Made by a program: the position numbers and the translations under genes
Shown here: piece by piece, positions 21,479-30,714 of the stretch
How the letters are laid out: each line of letters begins with the position of its first letter
How positions within the stretch are numbered: the stretch's first letter is position 1
The notes under the pieces: generated by a model
Told to the model about the DNA's origin: nothing
Seen by the model: only the letters and a program-made list of their open reading frames with translations
The model's database searches: none
NCBI GenBank assembly: GCA_977017575.1
Contig: CDRNVI010000007.1
Span: forward strand, 62,001-126,000
Direction: 5' to 3'
DNA length: 64,000 bases
DNA from: Paramoeba atlantica
Taxonomy: Eukaryota; Protista; Discosea

Positions 21479-24400
21479 ATGTCTGCACTTTTTTGCCTAG
21501 GAACCTTGCGGCATCAAGGCTTCAGTAAAATTTCAATTCCAGTATCTTGCTTTACCTTGATTGAAGTCAGTACAGGATCTCATCGCGACGTCGATTTAAG
21601 AAGTTCTTCATGCATCGAAGACTGCAAAAAGTGGGTAAGTCAACAGGTGCGCAAACAAGAAACTTTATCTTCTCCACTAATACCGATCGTCATTCCAGCT
21701 GATACGGGATTCGATATTGATCACTTCTCATTTTTGACTAATCTCCCTACAACAGATTCTATCAAAACAATGCAAGAGAGATTTAAGCAAAACTACAAGA
21801 ATAGCGACGTCAAACGAAGTGATAATCCCACTCACGACTCTTTATCAGAAGCCAACGAAGTGCGCCGTCAACTTAATGAGCTGAAACGATTGACCGCGTT
21901 TGAAAAATCAAAGGAGATCGTTGTTTCTCAATTCATGCGTAACCCCGCTTCAATATGTTTTATTTCCTTAGCAAATACACGGGACCATTCAGGCAAGTCT
22001 GTCAAAATTTCAGCACTGCTAATGCCATTATCATTAGTTCAGGGTCCAATAGAATCAAAAAATGAAATTAATGCATCTAAAGTCTATTTTTCAGAGGCTT
22101 GCGCATCCGAGAGCGAAGCTTTGCATGCGCTTCATACCAAGTTTTTCCGGCCTAGAAAGTACACGAATGGTGCCGAAAAGAAATACCAGAGACTTACAGG
22201 GGCTGTCTTGTTAATACCATGCTCGGGTGCTTCATTTGAGTTTACATTTAAGTGTGCTGATATGTGGAACTCTTGCATGACTTCAGAAACATCACCCTTT
22301 GTTTTAAATTCTTACATACACCTCCGACTACAAGCAGTAAAATCCATGGATCTTCATCCTTGTTTTATCTCCGAAGCGCAAGCTCCAGAAACAGCCTTGC
22401 ATGAACTATGCACTATAACACAAAGCGTCACAGTTTCTCGTCTAGCTCACGCAATATATAAAAACAGAAATTGGGACGTACACCCTGCAGCATCACACAC
22501 ACAAGGAAGCCGAAATGCCGGAAAAAATGTACCCGTAATTAGCGACCAAATGTTCGCTGATCCCAAGTTATATCTCAACTTTTTTCGTAGCGCTGACAGA
22601 GCGAAAAGAGAGAATTGCGTGCTACGTTTCTATCGCACTCCATTTTTCATTTTCATGTACACGACCAGAAAATGTTTTCATAAGAGAATGGCGAGTCCTT
22701 TTTGTGACCAGAATCGTGTGGTTCTCCCAGGGTACCTCGACTTCAACGGAAATTTCACAATTCCAGAAGAGAAATTGCAGCATCGTGAGGATATGAAACT
22801 CCCGCCATTAGACGAGTACGACGTGATTGTGGGACACAACCTGAAATTTGATCTTGTGTGGTTATGGAAAGACCCAGAGCTGCGTCGATTTCTGCGTCGC
22901 GGAGGACGTGTGTGGGATACAATGTATGCGGAGTATCTGCTTAGCGGCCAGAGGGTTCGTGTAGGAACGGGTGCAGGCCTTAACGAAGTCGCCGTACGCT
23001 ACGGGGGAACACGAAAGCTAGATGCAATCAAAGCCATGTGGGACCGCGGAGTGGACACTGCCGACATTGACACCAATTTGCTTCGTGAATACCTTGAGGG
23101 GGATCTTCGTAATACGGAGCGCATATTCCGAAGGCAGCTAGAGATCGCTGTGGCGAACAAACAAGCGTTGGTTATTGAAGCCCGGATGGATATTGTGCCA
23201 TGTACAGTTGAAATGGAATTTAATGGGCTATATGTGGGATGTGAGACCATCATGTCAAAGAAATCAGATGTTGCCCACAAAATACAAGCGTTGCGCCAGA
23301 GAATGAACTTAGGCTTGACCCAATTTTTTGGCAAGAGTATTCCTGATGGCTGGTGTATCGATTTTGACTGGAATTCCGCCGAAAATGTCCTTGAGCTGTA
23401 TCTTTCCAACTGTTCACTCTCGTGTGATATTAGTTTTTCTTGCAGAGTATGGTCGAAAGAAGAGGTTGCTGCGAGCTCTACAAGGTTGAATACTGTGAAG
23501 CAAAAGCTGCATATTACGGATCGGATGCCCCTATGTTACGCAGTTTGCCCTGATCCTGTCGAACGCGACGAAGCTTTTCTTGATTTGCTTGAAGAGGATG
23601 GAAATGCGACAAATAATTTTAAAATTACACTCAGCGACCTTCTTGAGATCTGTATATCTAAAGGATGTATTTTAAGCAAAGATTTACGGGAGTTTCGACT
23701 TCTTTGTAGGCTGTCGTCATCTTTTATGCGGAACGGAAAAGAGACCCCTTCGTCGGATCCGTCGGATAGTGGAATGTTTTCTCTAGTTCACTCTTCAGTA
23801 TCCCGTCTGCACACTGAATTCATGCTGACGAGTAGTGTAACAACACGCATGTCGGCAAGATATCCAAACACACAATCCATTCCAAAACGCGCGGAGATAC
23901 GAGAATTGCTTGTATCACGTTTTCATTCTGAAGGAATGATGCTTGAGGGAGATTATTCTCAGCTAGAAGTTCGTGCTTTAGCTGCCCTATCGGGAGATCG
24001 CAATTTGCTGAACGACCTCCATGATGGTGTAGATTTTCATTGCAAGCGCGCCGCGATGATTTCTCCAGAACTTGGGTACGAAAACATTTTGCGCGCATCA
24101 GTGCGAGAAAAAGACCCTGGAATGGTTAATTTACGCCAAAAGGCGAAAGTTTTTTCGTTTCAACGACAATATGGGGCAAGCCCTCAAACCATCGCCCAGC
24201 ATACCTCTCTTTCTTTGGATGCTGTTGAGAAAGTCATTGAAGCGGAAAACGCCGCATATGCCGATGTTGAGCGATATTTTGGAATGCTGCGCACTATAGC
24301 AACTCACAGCGCACAGATATTGGAACTCACTAACAAGGGTGCAAGCAGAGTTCCCACCGATATGTCTAATGTGTTTTTGCTAAGCGGAACTCGTTTTCAC

Positions 24401-24805
24401 CTTTCTGCAGTATGCGATGGTAATTCGACGGGCGTGATGATGAAAACTTCCGAATCTATTAATGTTTCGAATACACAACTGAGGAACTATCCTGTTCAAG
24501 GGTTTGCTGCAGAAATAGTGCAGGTAATGTTGGGAAAATTGTGGAGGCATTTTGTAGGGAACAATAATTACGGTAACATGGCTTTTTTAACAAATACTGT
24601 ACATGACAGCGTCTGGGTAGACTGTCACAAGAGTGTAATCGACACAGTAGCGAACGATGTGAAGGGTATTCTAGCTTCTGTTTCAAAAACGTTTCAGACA
24701 ACTTGGCCTGAAATAGCGTTTTATGATCTCATGTTTCCTGTTACACTGTATCGCGGACAGAATTTACATTCTCTGTCCCGTTTTGAATTAACAAATATTC
24801 TTTAA
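21479..24805 (+). CDS. Second, tandem PolIBCD-like family-A DNA polymerase; ExoI acidic residues absent
   Basis: Motif A MLEGDYSQLE, B RQKAKVFSFQRQYG, C TVHDS. The ExoI position reads FIFMYTTRK instead of VLDLETTTK. First ATG at 21479. Confidence 0.92.
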   Translation: MSALFCLGTLRHQGFSKISIPVSCFTLIEVSTGSHRDVDLRSSSCIEDCKKWVSQQVRKQETLSSPLIPIVIPADTGFDIDHFSFLTNLPTTDSIKTMQERFKQNYKNSDVKRSDNPTHDSLSEANEVRRQLNELKRLTAFEKSKEIVVSQFMRNPASICFISLANTRDHSGKSVKISALLMPLSLVQGPIESKNEINASKVYFSEACASESEALHALHTKFFRPRKYTNGAEKKYQRLTGAVLLIPCSGASFEFTFKCADMWNSCMTSETSPFVLNSYIHLRLQAVKSMDLHPCFISEAQAPETALHELCTITQSVTVSRLAHAIYKNRNWDVHPAASHTQGSRNAGKNVPVISDQMFADPKLYLNFFRSADRAKRENCVLRFYRTPFFIFMYTTRKCFHKRMASPFCDQNRVVLPGYLDFNGNFTIPEEKLQHREDMKLPPLDEYDVIVGHNLKFDLVWLWKDPELRRFLRRGGRVWDTMYAEYLLSGQRVRVGTGAGLNEVAVRYGGTRKLDAIKAMWDRGVDTADIDTNLLREYLEGDLRNTERIFRRQLEIAVANKQALVIEARMDIVPCTVEMEFNGLYVGCETIMSKKSDVAHKIQALRQRMNLGLTQFFGKSIPDGWCIDFDWNSAENVLELYLSNCSLSCDISFSCRVWSKEEVAASSTRLNTVKQKLHITDRMPLCYAVCPDPVERDEAFLDLLEEDGNATNNFKITLSDLLEICISKGCILSKDLREFRLLCRLSSSFMRNGKETPSSDPSDSGMFSLVHSSVSRLHTEFMLTSSVTTRMSARYPNTQSIPKRAEIRELLVSRFHSEGMMLEGDYSQLEVRALAALSGDRNLLNDLHDGVDFHCKRAAMISPELGYENILRASVREKDPGMVNLRQKAKVFSFQRQYGASPQTIAQHTSLSLDAVEKVIEAENAAYADVERYFGMLRTIATHSAQILELTNKGASRVPTDMSNVFLLSGTRFHLSAVCDGNSTGVMMKTSESINVSNTQLRNYPVQGFAAEIVQVMLGKLWRHFVGNNNYGNMAFLTNTVHDSVWVDCHKSVIDTVANDVKGILASVSKTFQTTWPEIAFYDLMFPVTLYRGQNLHSLSRFELTNIL
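22691..23202 (+). repeat. 512-bp near-identical segment shared with 18450-18961
   Basis: As above; identity collapses abruptly on both sides. Confidence 0.95.
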
Positions 24806-25247
24806 ATATTCAGAACTTATAAAATTTTCATGCGCACCTTGCCGTTTTCAAACAAAATTTTTGTTCATCTAATTCTTTGTTTTCATTAGTTTCTATTGTA
24901 CCTCTAGTTTCTATTTTTTGAGAAACAACTCTGTCTGTCTGTACGGCATACTGATTTGTCACTTTTTCTTCGAAATATGATTATTTTCTTGCCTACTATG
25001 CGTGAATATTTTTATCTGCCTTATCATGATCGATCGAATGTACGGGAGTAGTATTGCATTGTACCAATTAAAAAAAAATATTTACTGACAAGTCGGTCAC
25101 TTTGTGATATTGGCGAATTAATAAAAAAAATTCGTGGTCAGATTGAACCAATATTGCCGAATTTTTAATATCACACTATACACTGCGAAAATAATAGGCG
25201 AGATCTTTCACCAATATTACATGTGTCTCACGACTGGCACAGTAGTA

Positions 25248-25613
25248 CAGTCCAGATATTGATTTCCCCCCAGCCCACAGAGCACACCGTAATAGCTTTT
25301 AAACTAATTCCTTTGGCATTCAACAGATCTCGAAAAGCAGGAGAGTTTCCCGCCGGTTGTTTGCCTATCACCCCCCCCCCCTGGGTCCTGGATGGGCATG
25401 GTCAAAGTTGGGAAATTTTTGAAAAAGTGGGATGTTTTAGTAAAAATATGCTCTTTCTTCGCGTTGTTTTCTAATTATTTTTGACCCAAGGAGGGGGGGG
25501 GGGTGATAGGCAAACAAACGGCGGGAAACGCTCCAGCTTTTCGAGATTAGTTGAATGCCACAGGAATTAGGTTGAATGCTCTGTAGCCTGGGGGGAAACC
25601 AGTACCTGGCCAT
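25248..25613. mobile_element. Degenerate MITE with about 130-bp TIRs
   Basis: ttccccccag..agagca..ctaattcct.tggcattcaac...tctcgaaaagc.ggag.gtttcccgccg.ttgtttgcctatcacccccc is mirrored at 25485-25610; TA at both outer ends (termini diverged). Confidence 0.7.
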
Positions 25614-25823
25614 TAAATATTTAATAGCTCCTTTTGCTCTTGGCTTAGAATAAACTGATGAAACGATTTTTAGAAAATCGTCTCCGTAATCCTCGGAAGG
25701 ATACATTACAGATTCACACACGACTGCCCACAACAAGGCTCTATATTAATCATGCAGCTGAGCTGCAGAGATAATCACTGAGAAAGAAGACACGCACAAA
25801 ACGTGCTGTTTGCTTAGAAGTCG

Positions 25824-26222
25824 TCACTGCTGAAAGTTGAGCACCTCCCACGTAGGGTTGTCACGGTGCTGGTAGATTACAAAACTACTTCGAATAGCGC
25901 GCCGGACCATCTTCTCCCGGCACGCAGAAGCAGCACTTTTGCTGCCTGCGAATAGGGAATTTAGAGCGCGCGTAGTAGAGTTTAACTTCCCCCTTGCCCC
26001 TACTTCAAAGACAAGAAGAAACGTCGACGGATTATGTAGTTGCCGTTGATTATAAATATAGCTGTATTTCTGAGCTTTCCGCTCATGAGCCTCTGTAAAG
26101 TTTTCCTCCCAGGAGGAGGTTAGCTCGATCATAAATTCCGTCCCATTGTACAGCTTCACCCACCCGTCTCGTCTCATTTCAGTTTGGTGCGAGAACCAGG
26201 CTGGTGGGTTCCTGTATTATAA
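25824..26222 (-). pseudogene. 3' fragment of a restriction-like-endonuclease (RLE) non-LTR retrotransposon ORF
   Basis: TEMRRDG....FMIELTSSWEENFTEAHERKAQKY...FEVGARG matches the R(P)D...IELT.PWEEN..EAHERK..KY...EVG.RG PD-(D/E)xK signature seen in HERO-like elements. Confidence 0.8.
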
Positions 26223-26322
26223 GTTCCTGTATTATTATAATACAGGAACCCACCAGCCTGGTTCTCGCACCAAACTGAAATGAGACGAGACGGGTGGGTG
26301 AAGGTGCACAATGGGACGGAAT
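26135..26322. repeat. Foldback palindrome: 88-bp arms (2 mismatches), 12-nt loop
   Basis: 26135-26222 is the reverse complement of 26235-26322; the loop gttcctgtatta duplicates 26208-26219. Confidence 0.93.
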
Positions 26323-26871
26323 AGCGGGTGACCGGTGACCTACCGGTATACCATGCATGGTAAACTCGGTAACCATGTGTTACCAATGGCTCATACGCAG
26401 GAAGCATGCCTGGGCGACAATCACCGCATGTCACCTTTTTAGAAACAAGATCACTATGATTCTCACGGTTGTGCCACCACAATCTGACCACTTTTGAAAA
26501 TACAATCTTTAGAAGGAAATTCTTCTTTTAAGCGTTCCGTTATACGTGAAAAATTCACAATAACTTGTCCAGAACACTTGTCACTCTTCCGCCAATGTGA
26601 GAATCCACCCTTTTTCACCAAAATATCAACGCTGTTGCACATGATGTGCTTTATTTCCCAAGCAGGGGTCCGAATAACTATAAAACTTTATTATAGGTAC
26701 TTTAAAGTAACTATATTTATTTTTCCCTACCTTTATCTACCTTTACTTTTTTGTCAGTGATTTGCACTGGAATCGTACTATTTTGTTGAAATTTTTCAAT
26801 GCCTGGGCGCTCGGGTAATACAGAAAGTCGAGCTAAATTTGTCCAGCCTTATTAGCAATGTTGTCAAACGG

Positions 26872-27141
26872 GGCTTCGCAAATTGCTTCCCACTAACGAC
26901 GCCGCGTATGGCTCATGCCCGCTCACGCGGGCCCTCGCCATACCACCCCTTCGGCCTCGCAAATTGCTTCCCACTAACGGCGTCGCGCATGGCTCAGGAC
27001 CGCTCACGCGGGCCCTCGCCATACCCCCACTTCGGCTTCGCAAATTGCTTCCCACTAACGGCGTCGCGTATGGCTCAGGACCGCTCACGCGGGCCCTCGC
27101 CATACCCACACTTCGGCTTCGCAAATTGCTTCCCACTGACG
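26872..27141. repeat. 81-bp tandem repeat (3 units plus a partial) inside the hAT element
   Basis: aaattgcttcccact recurs at 26880, 26961, 27042 and 27123. Confidence 0.95.
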
Positions 27142-27169
27142 TTTGTGCTTCATGTAGTTTGTGCAAAAA

Positions 27170-27250
27170 CTACGAGTAGCGGGTTCGAACCCCCTTCCAA
27201 CGCGCATGCTAATGCGTGGGCTAGGCAAATGGACCAATCCGTCCGATATC
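27170..27250 (-). ncRNA. tRNA-like cassette with long variable arm (Leu/Ser-like pseudo-tRNA)
   Basis: B-box GGTTCGAACCC; D-like stem GGAC-ggattg-GTCC; variable hairpin CGCAT-tagc-ATGCG; followed by TTTTT. Acceptor and anticodon stems are not canonical. Confidence 0.45.
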
Positions 27251-27292
27251 GTGGACCCAAGCTTCTTAGCTAATCCCTGTGTAGTCGGACTA

Positions 27293-27368
27293 AAAGTACT
27301 TCACTGGGAATCGAACCCAGCCCTCTCAGATGTAGAGTCACTGGACCCGACGACTTGGCGAAAATGAA
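27293..27368 (-). ncRNA. tRNA-like cassette (pseudo-tRNA)
   Basis: Perfect T-arm CTGGG-TTCGATT-CCCAG (B-box GGTTCGATTCC), A-box-like TCGCCAAGTCG, TTTT just downstream. The acceptor stem pairs poorly. Confidence 0.55.
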
Positions 27369-27509
27369 AATCAACAGTACCCCTTTCATCGAGCCCCCCC
27401 CCTTTTTTTGGGATTTTATCACCCGTCTCGATTCACCCCCACCCGGCCACCATAAAGACGAAGAGGCAGAGGTTGTAAACAACCCCCGCAATACGACCTT
27501 GTACTACTT

Positions 27510-27990
27510 ACAAGGAGGTGGAGGCCGGAAAAGTGGAACTTTGCTTGCGAAAAAAGCACTCGAACCTCATACTCTTCATCCCTGAGTCATAGTGAAGGAG
27601 AAGAGAGTCAGAAAGCGGGAGATAGAAAATGCTGTTGAAAATGCAACTTGATGTCAATCCCTAAACCTTTCAAAGGTGTTCGAAACCATGATATAATGGA
27701 AGTGTGATCATGGAGTATGAAACGCGACCATTCAGGATCCATTGTTGCAGACACTGGCAATTCCCATGGTAGAACAACATGTTCAATATGTGTCTTGTGT
27801 TCTGGAAATGCTACAATCTGGAGTCAACTGGTAGTGGAAATTTTAGAAGCAGAAACATTGATATCATTGTTCAACAATGTAATCGTCGATATCGCATGGC
27901 TTATCAACGACGATTAGAGAAGGCCTGGTAGAAGTGTTTTCCACGTCTGACGCTGATGAAGCCTGTTCGGCACTATAACTGCCTGAAAAC
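27510..27990 (+). pseudogene. Degenerate hAT transposase remnant
   Basis: Homologous to 61130-61660 and 62275-62400 (e.g. tggaagtgtgatcatggagt; VADTGNSHGRTTCSICV), with deletions and stops. Confidence 0.75.
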
Positions 27991-28221
27991 TATACCTGTG
28001 CAATATTGTTTCCTATGTATTTTAGGTAATCAGAAAAATCATTCCCTCCAACAAGGCCTACTCTCCGCGACCCGAGCACCCAGCCTGCACAGATTCTTCA
28101 CTCAAATTGCACAAAAAGTCGACCTCTAAAATTATAGGTACACAAAGCTTTAAAGTAGTATAGGTACTTTATAGTACTTTTATTTATTTTTTCTACCTAT
28201 ATAAACCCCGCCCAACGAAAA

Positions 28222-28817
28222 GTCACCCCCCACTTTTTTTTGGGGGGTCACACACAGGTGAATTGGGGGGTCAATTTTTAAGTACATCACTCATTCTACC
28301 TGTAATGTGCTCCATAGAGGAACGGGCAGTGTGTGCCGTAGCCCCATCTTGTTGAAACATACAATTCTGTGGAAATTGTATTTTCTTCAACGTCTTTACA
28401 TTACAACATCGGCGGGGTCGAGAGGATCAAGAACTTTCTTAATTTTTTCTCTTCGATACTGAATACTTTTTTTGCGTTACTCATTGCGTACTGTGGGGTG
28501 GGTTTTTTTTCTTTCAAATATTTTCTTACCATTTTAACTGAAACATTGAAATCGCGGGACAATTGCTTTTTTGAGACTCCCTGCCCGTCTCTCATCCTCA
28601 AAAGAACCTTCGCGCTATTCGTAAGCCCCCTTTTTGGCAGTCGGTATGCGGATTTAGGCATTTTTTCGAAAAAAAAACAATTAACATTTTTTTTAATATT
28701 TTAACATTTTAAAATGAGCTAGAAATAGCGGGAACGTGCAGATCTCGAAATTCTGAACGGCAAAGTGGTGCATAAACCCCCATAGGCCCTCACGTGTAAG
28801 AAAAAGTGGGGGGTGAC
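28222..28817 (-). mobile_element. Internally deleted Tc1/pogo-like element inside the proximal hAT right end; N-terminal HTH ORF at 28401-28661
   Basis: 17-bp perfect TIR gtcaccccccacttttt / aaaaagtggggggtgac, TA at the right end. HTH-like GVSKKQLSRDFNVSVKMVRKYLK. Confidence 0.6.
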
Positions 28818-29141
28818 TATATATATATAAAGTTATTCGGACCCCTGCTTCGCAAGTTCGATGGAGAAATAGTGAAGGTCAGGAAACGGAAACCCATACT
28901 CAACATCAGGCTCGTCGTCCCACCTTTAACTCACTCCCCACTGGGTCTTCCGGAGTGAGAAAATAAACTCGTCCCGTGACAGTGTGGCGCGCGTTGTCGT
29001 CCTTGTGTCCCCAAATAGCCTGAATCCATACGCGGTGGCCGCGGGCAAGTAAGAAGTAGACTTTCTGTGAAAAATCGGACTTTGCAGAATCGCTTAGCGG
29101 GGTCGCTATACCCTCAACCTGGTCAGGGTTGATGATCTATA

Positions 29142-30714
29142 CAGGGGGGCCACGAAAACTGACAAGGTCCGCATTTTAGCGTCCTGAGGCAGTTTGAGCT
29201 CATTTTTGTTGCAAACGGGAGATCTCGTTCTGAATATCGTGTCTACGCTATTTAAAATACAAAAACGTTCGCCGGAAAACATTTCCAATGAGTTACAAAA
29301 GTGAAATTTTAAAGATTTTGCAAATTGAAAAACGGGTCTAAAATTCGTAATTTTTTATTACGTACCACGGCCCAAAAAGTACCCAGAAAGTAGGTCTTAA
29401 TAGCCAGTATTCCCACCTCCACGCTCACGTAGTATAGCGAGGCGCGTGGGAAGACTCTTTAGCGTATTCACATACGCCTCGTGACATTCGTTCAACAAAT
29501 ATTCCTTGGCCTTTGGAATAGCCGCTTGTAATTCTTTTCGATTCTGTGGACGGAGATGGCTGTGGATGTACTTATCCATCATGCTCCACAAGTTCTCAAT
29601 CAAATTGAGATCAGGAGATTTCGAAGGCCAATCAATAATTTTGATGTCTTCCAACTTACCTATTCTCCTGGCTTCCCCATGCCCTGGCGCGTTGTCAAGG
29701 ACAATTGTAGCCCCGGGGCGGCGATGCATCCAGTTGAAAAACCCATTTCGTTTTTTCATTGCATTCAAAAAGACCTCATTTGTAACAGTTTCATTTTGTG
29801 CGAACTCATGGAAACACGCATCAGGCACTTCCCAACGGAGACTGGTGGCCATGAATACATGAACTCCTTTCCCCCCATACCACCTATCTAATTGTACTGG
29901 TGTTTCCTTGGGGGGGTCAGTCATTTTTGCAAGGTACGTAATTTTTTTACCGTGTGATCCGCATCGAAAGATTTTTTCGTCGCCCCACACAATACGAGAC
30001 AGCTGATCTGGGCTGAATCCCTCAAAGTAATCAGCAAGTTGTAGTCTAGCAGCCTTGTGCTCAGCTGTTAAAAAAGGCTTGTGCGACATCGTCTTAATGA
30101 CGTATCCCATCTTTTTCAAACTCCGTTTCACGGTGTTTAGACTACATGGATAAAGTACTTTATCCACTCTCTTATGTACCCATTTAAACCCCGGACACCC
30201 GAATTGTGTGTCTCGCTCAGCATCAACAATAGCACAGAGCATGGCTCAGAACTCCTCCGTATCAACGCCGTTATCGCGCGAGTAGGGTGCACGTGCCACG
30301 TCACCTGACTCATCGAAACGCGCTTTGTACCGAGAGACAGAGCTCTCTGAACAGTTCATCATACGTGCCGTATCCGGAATAGATGTCCCACGGTGTCTTT
30401 CGTGTGCGCAGACAATGCGCACAGGATATGAACACTGTCCTGGTGATAGCTGGCGACGGTTTAGTCTATTCCGCTTGCCCATAGTAAGGTAAAAAGAAGA
30501 AAAAATAGCCTTTTTTACGTTTTTCGATACTTTTTGCAAAATATTTTGCCCAAAATTTCAATATTTTGTAAATATTTTTTTGATTAGCAGAAACGGGCTC
30601 CAAATAGCGTAGACACGATATTCAGAACGAGATCTCTCGTTTGCAACAAAAATCAGCTCAAACGGCCTCAGGACGCTAAAATGCGGACCTTGTCAGTTTT
30701 CGTGGCCCCCCCTG
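29142..30714 (-). mobile_element. Tc1-family DNA transposon, about 113-bp TIRs, TA TSD
   Basis: TA|caggggggccacgaaaactgac... (29142-29253) and its mirror 30602-30714|TA; 3 substitutions plus 1 G indel between the TIRs. Confidence 0.95.
29397..30482 (-). pseudogene. Tc1 transposase (361 codons) broken by one in-frame TGA at 30246-30248
   Basis: HTH TSIPDTARMMNCSESSVSRY; catalytic WGDEK, LDNAPGH, SPDLNLIENLW; C-terminus SLPTRL..LRERGGGNTGY. The junction reads gag ttc TGA gcc atg in a single frame. Confidence 0.92.

Noticed and set aside
25100-25172. Small nested AT-rich palindrome (gtgatatt/aatatcac; aaaattcg/cgaatttt)
   Set aside because: Only 8-bp arms in AT-rich DNA and no second copy in the window.
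26872-27141. 81-bp array as a CRISPR array or a 27-aa repeat protein
   Set aside because: Whole units repeat with no unique spacers and there are no cas genes. The period is a multiple of 3, so several frames on both strands are open, which makes the ORFs uninformative.
27170-27368. Functional tRNA genes
   Set aside because: Acceptor stems pair poorly and the anticodon loops lack canonical U33 geometry; kept only as tRNA-like cassettes.
29085-29102. cgcttagcgggg as a 7SL RNA fragment
   Set aside because: The match is too short and the surrounding sequence shows no SRP Alu or S-domain features.
30246-30248. TGA read-through or stop-codon reassignment
   Set aside because: Host genes in this window (e.g. 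NDOR1 and 51214-51696) terminate at TGA, and no other in-frame stops occur in conserved genes.
29397-30482. Fanzor/TnpB or other RNA-guided nuclease cargo in the Tc1 or hAT elements
   Set aside because: No RuvC-like ORF is present in any frame of the supplied ORF track within these elements.
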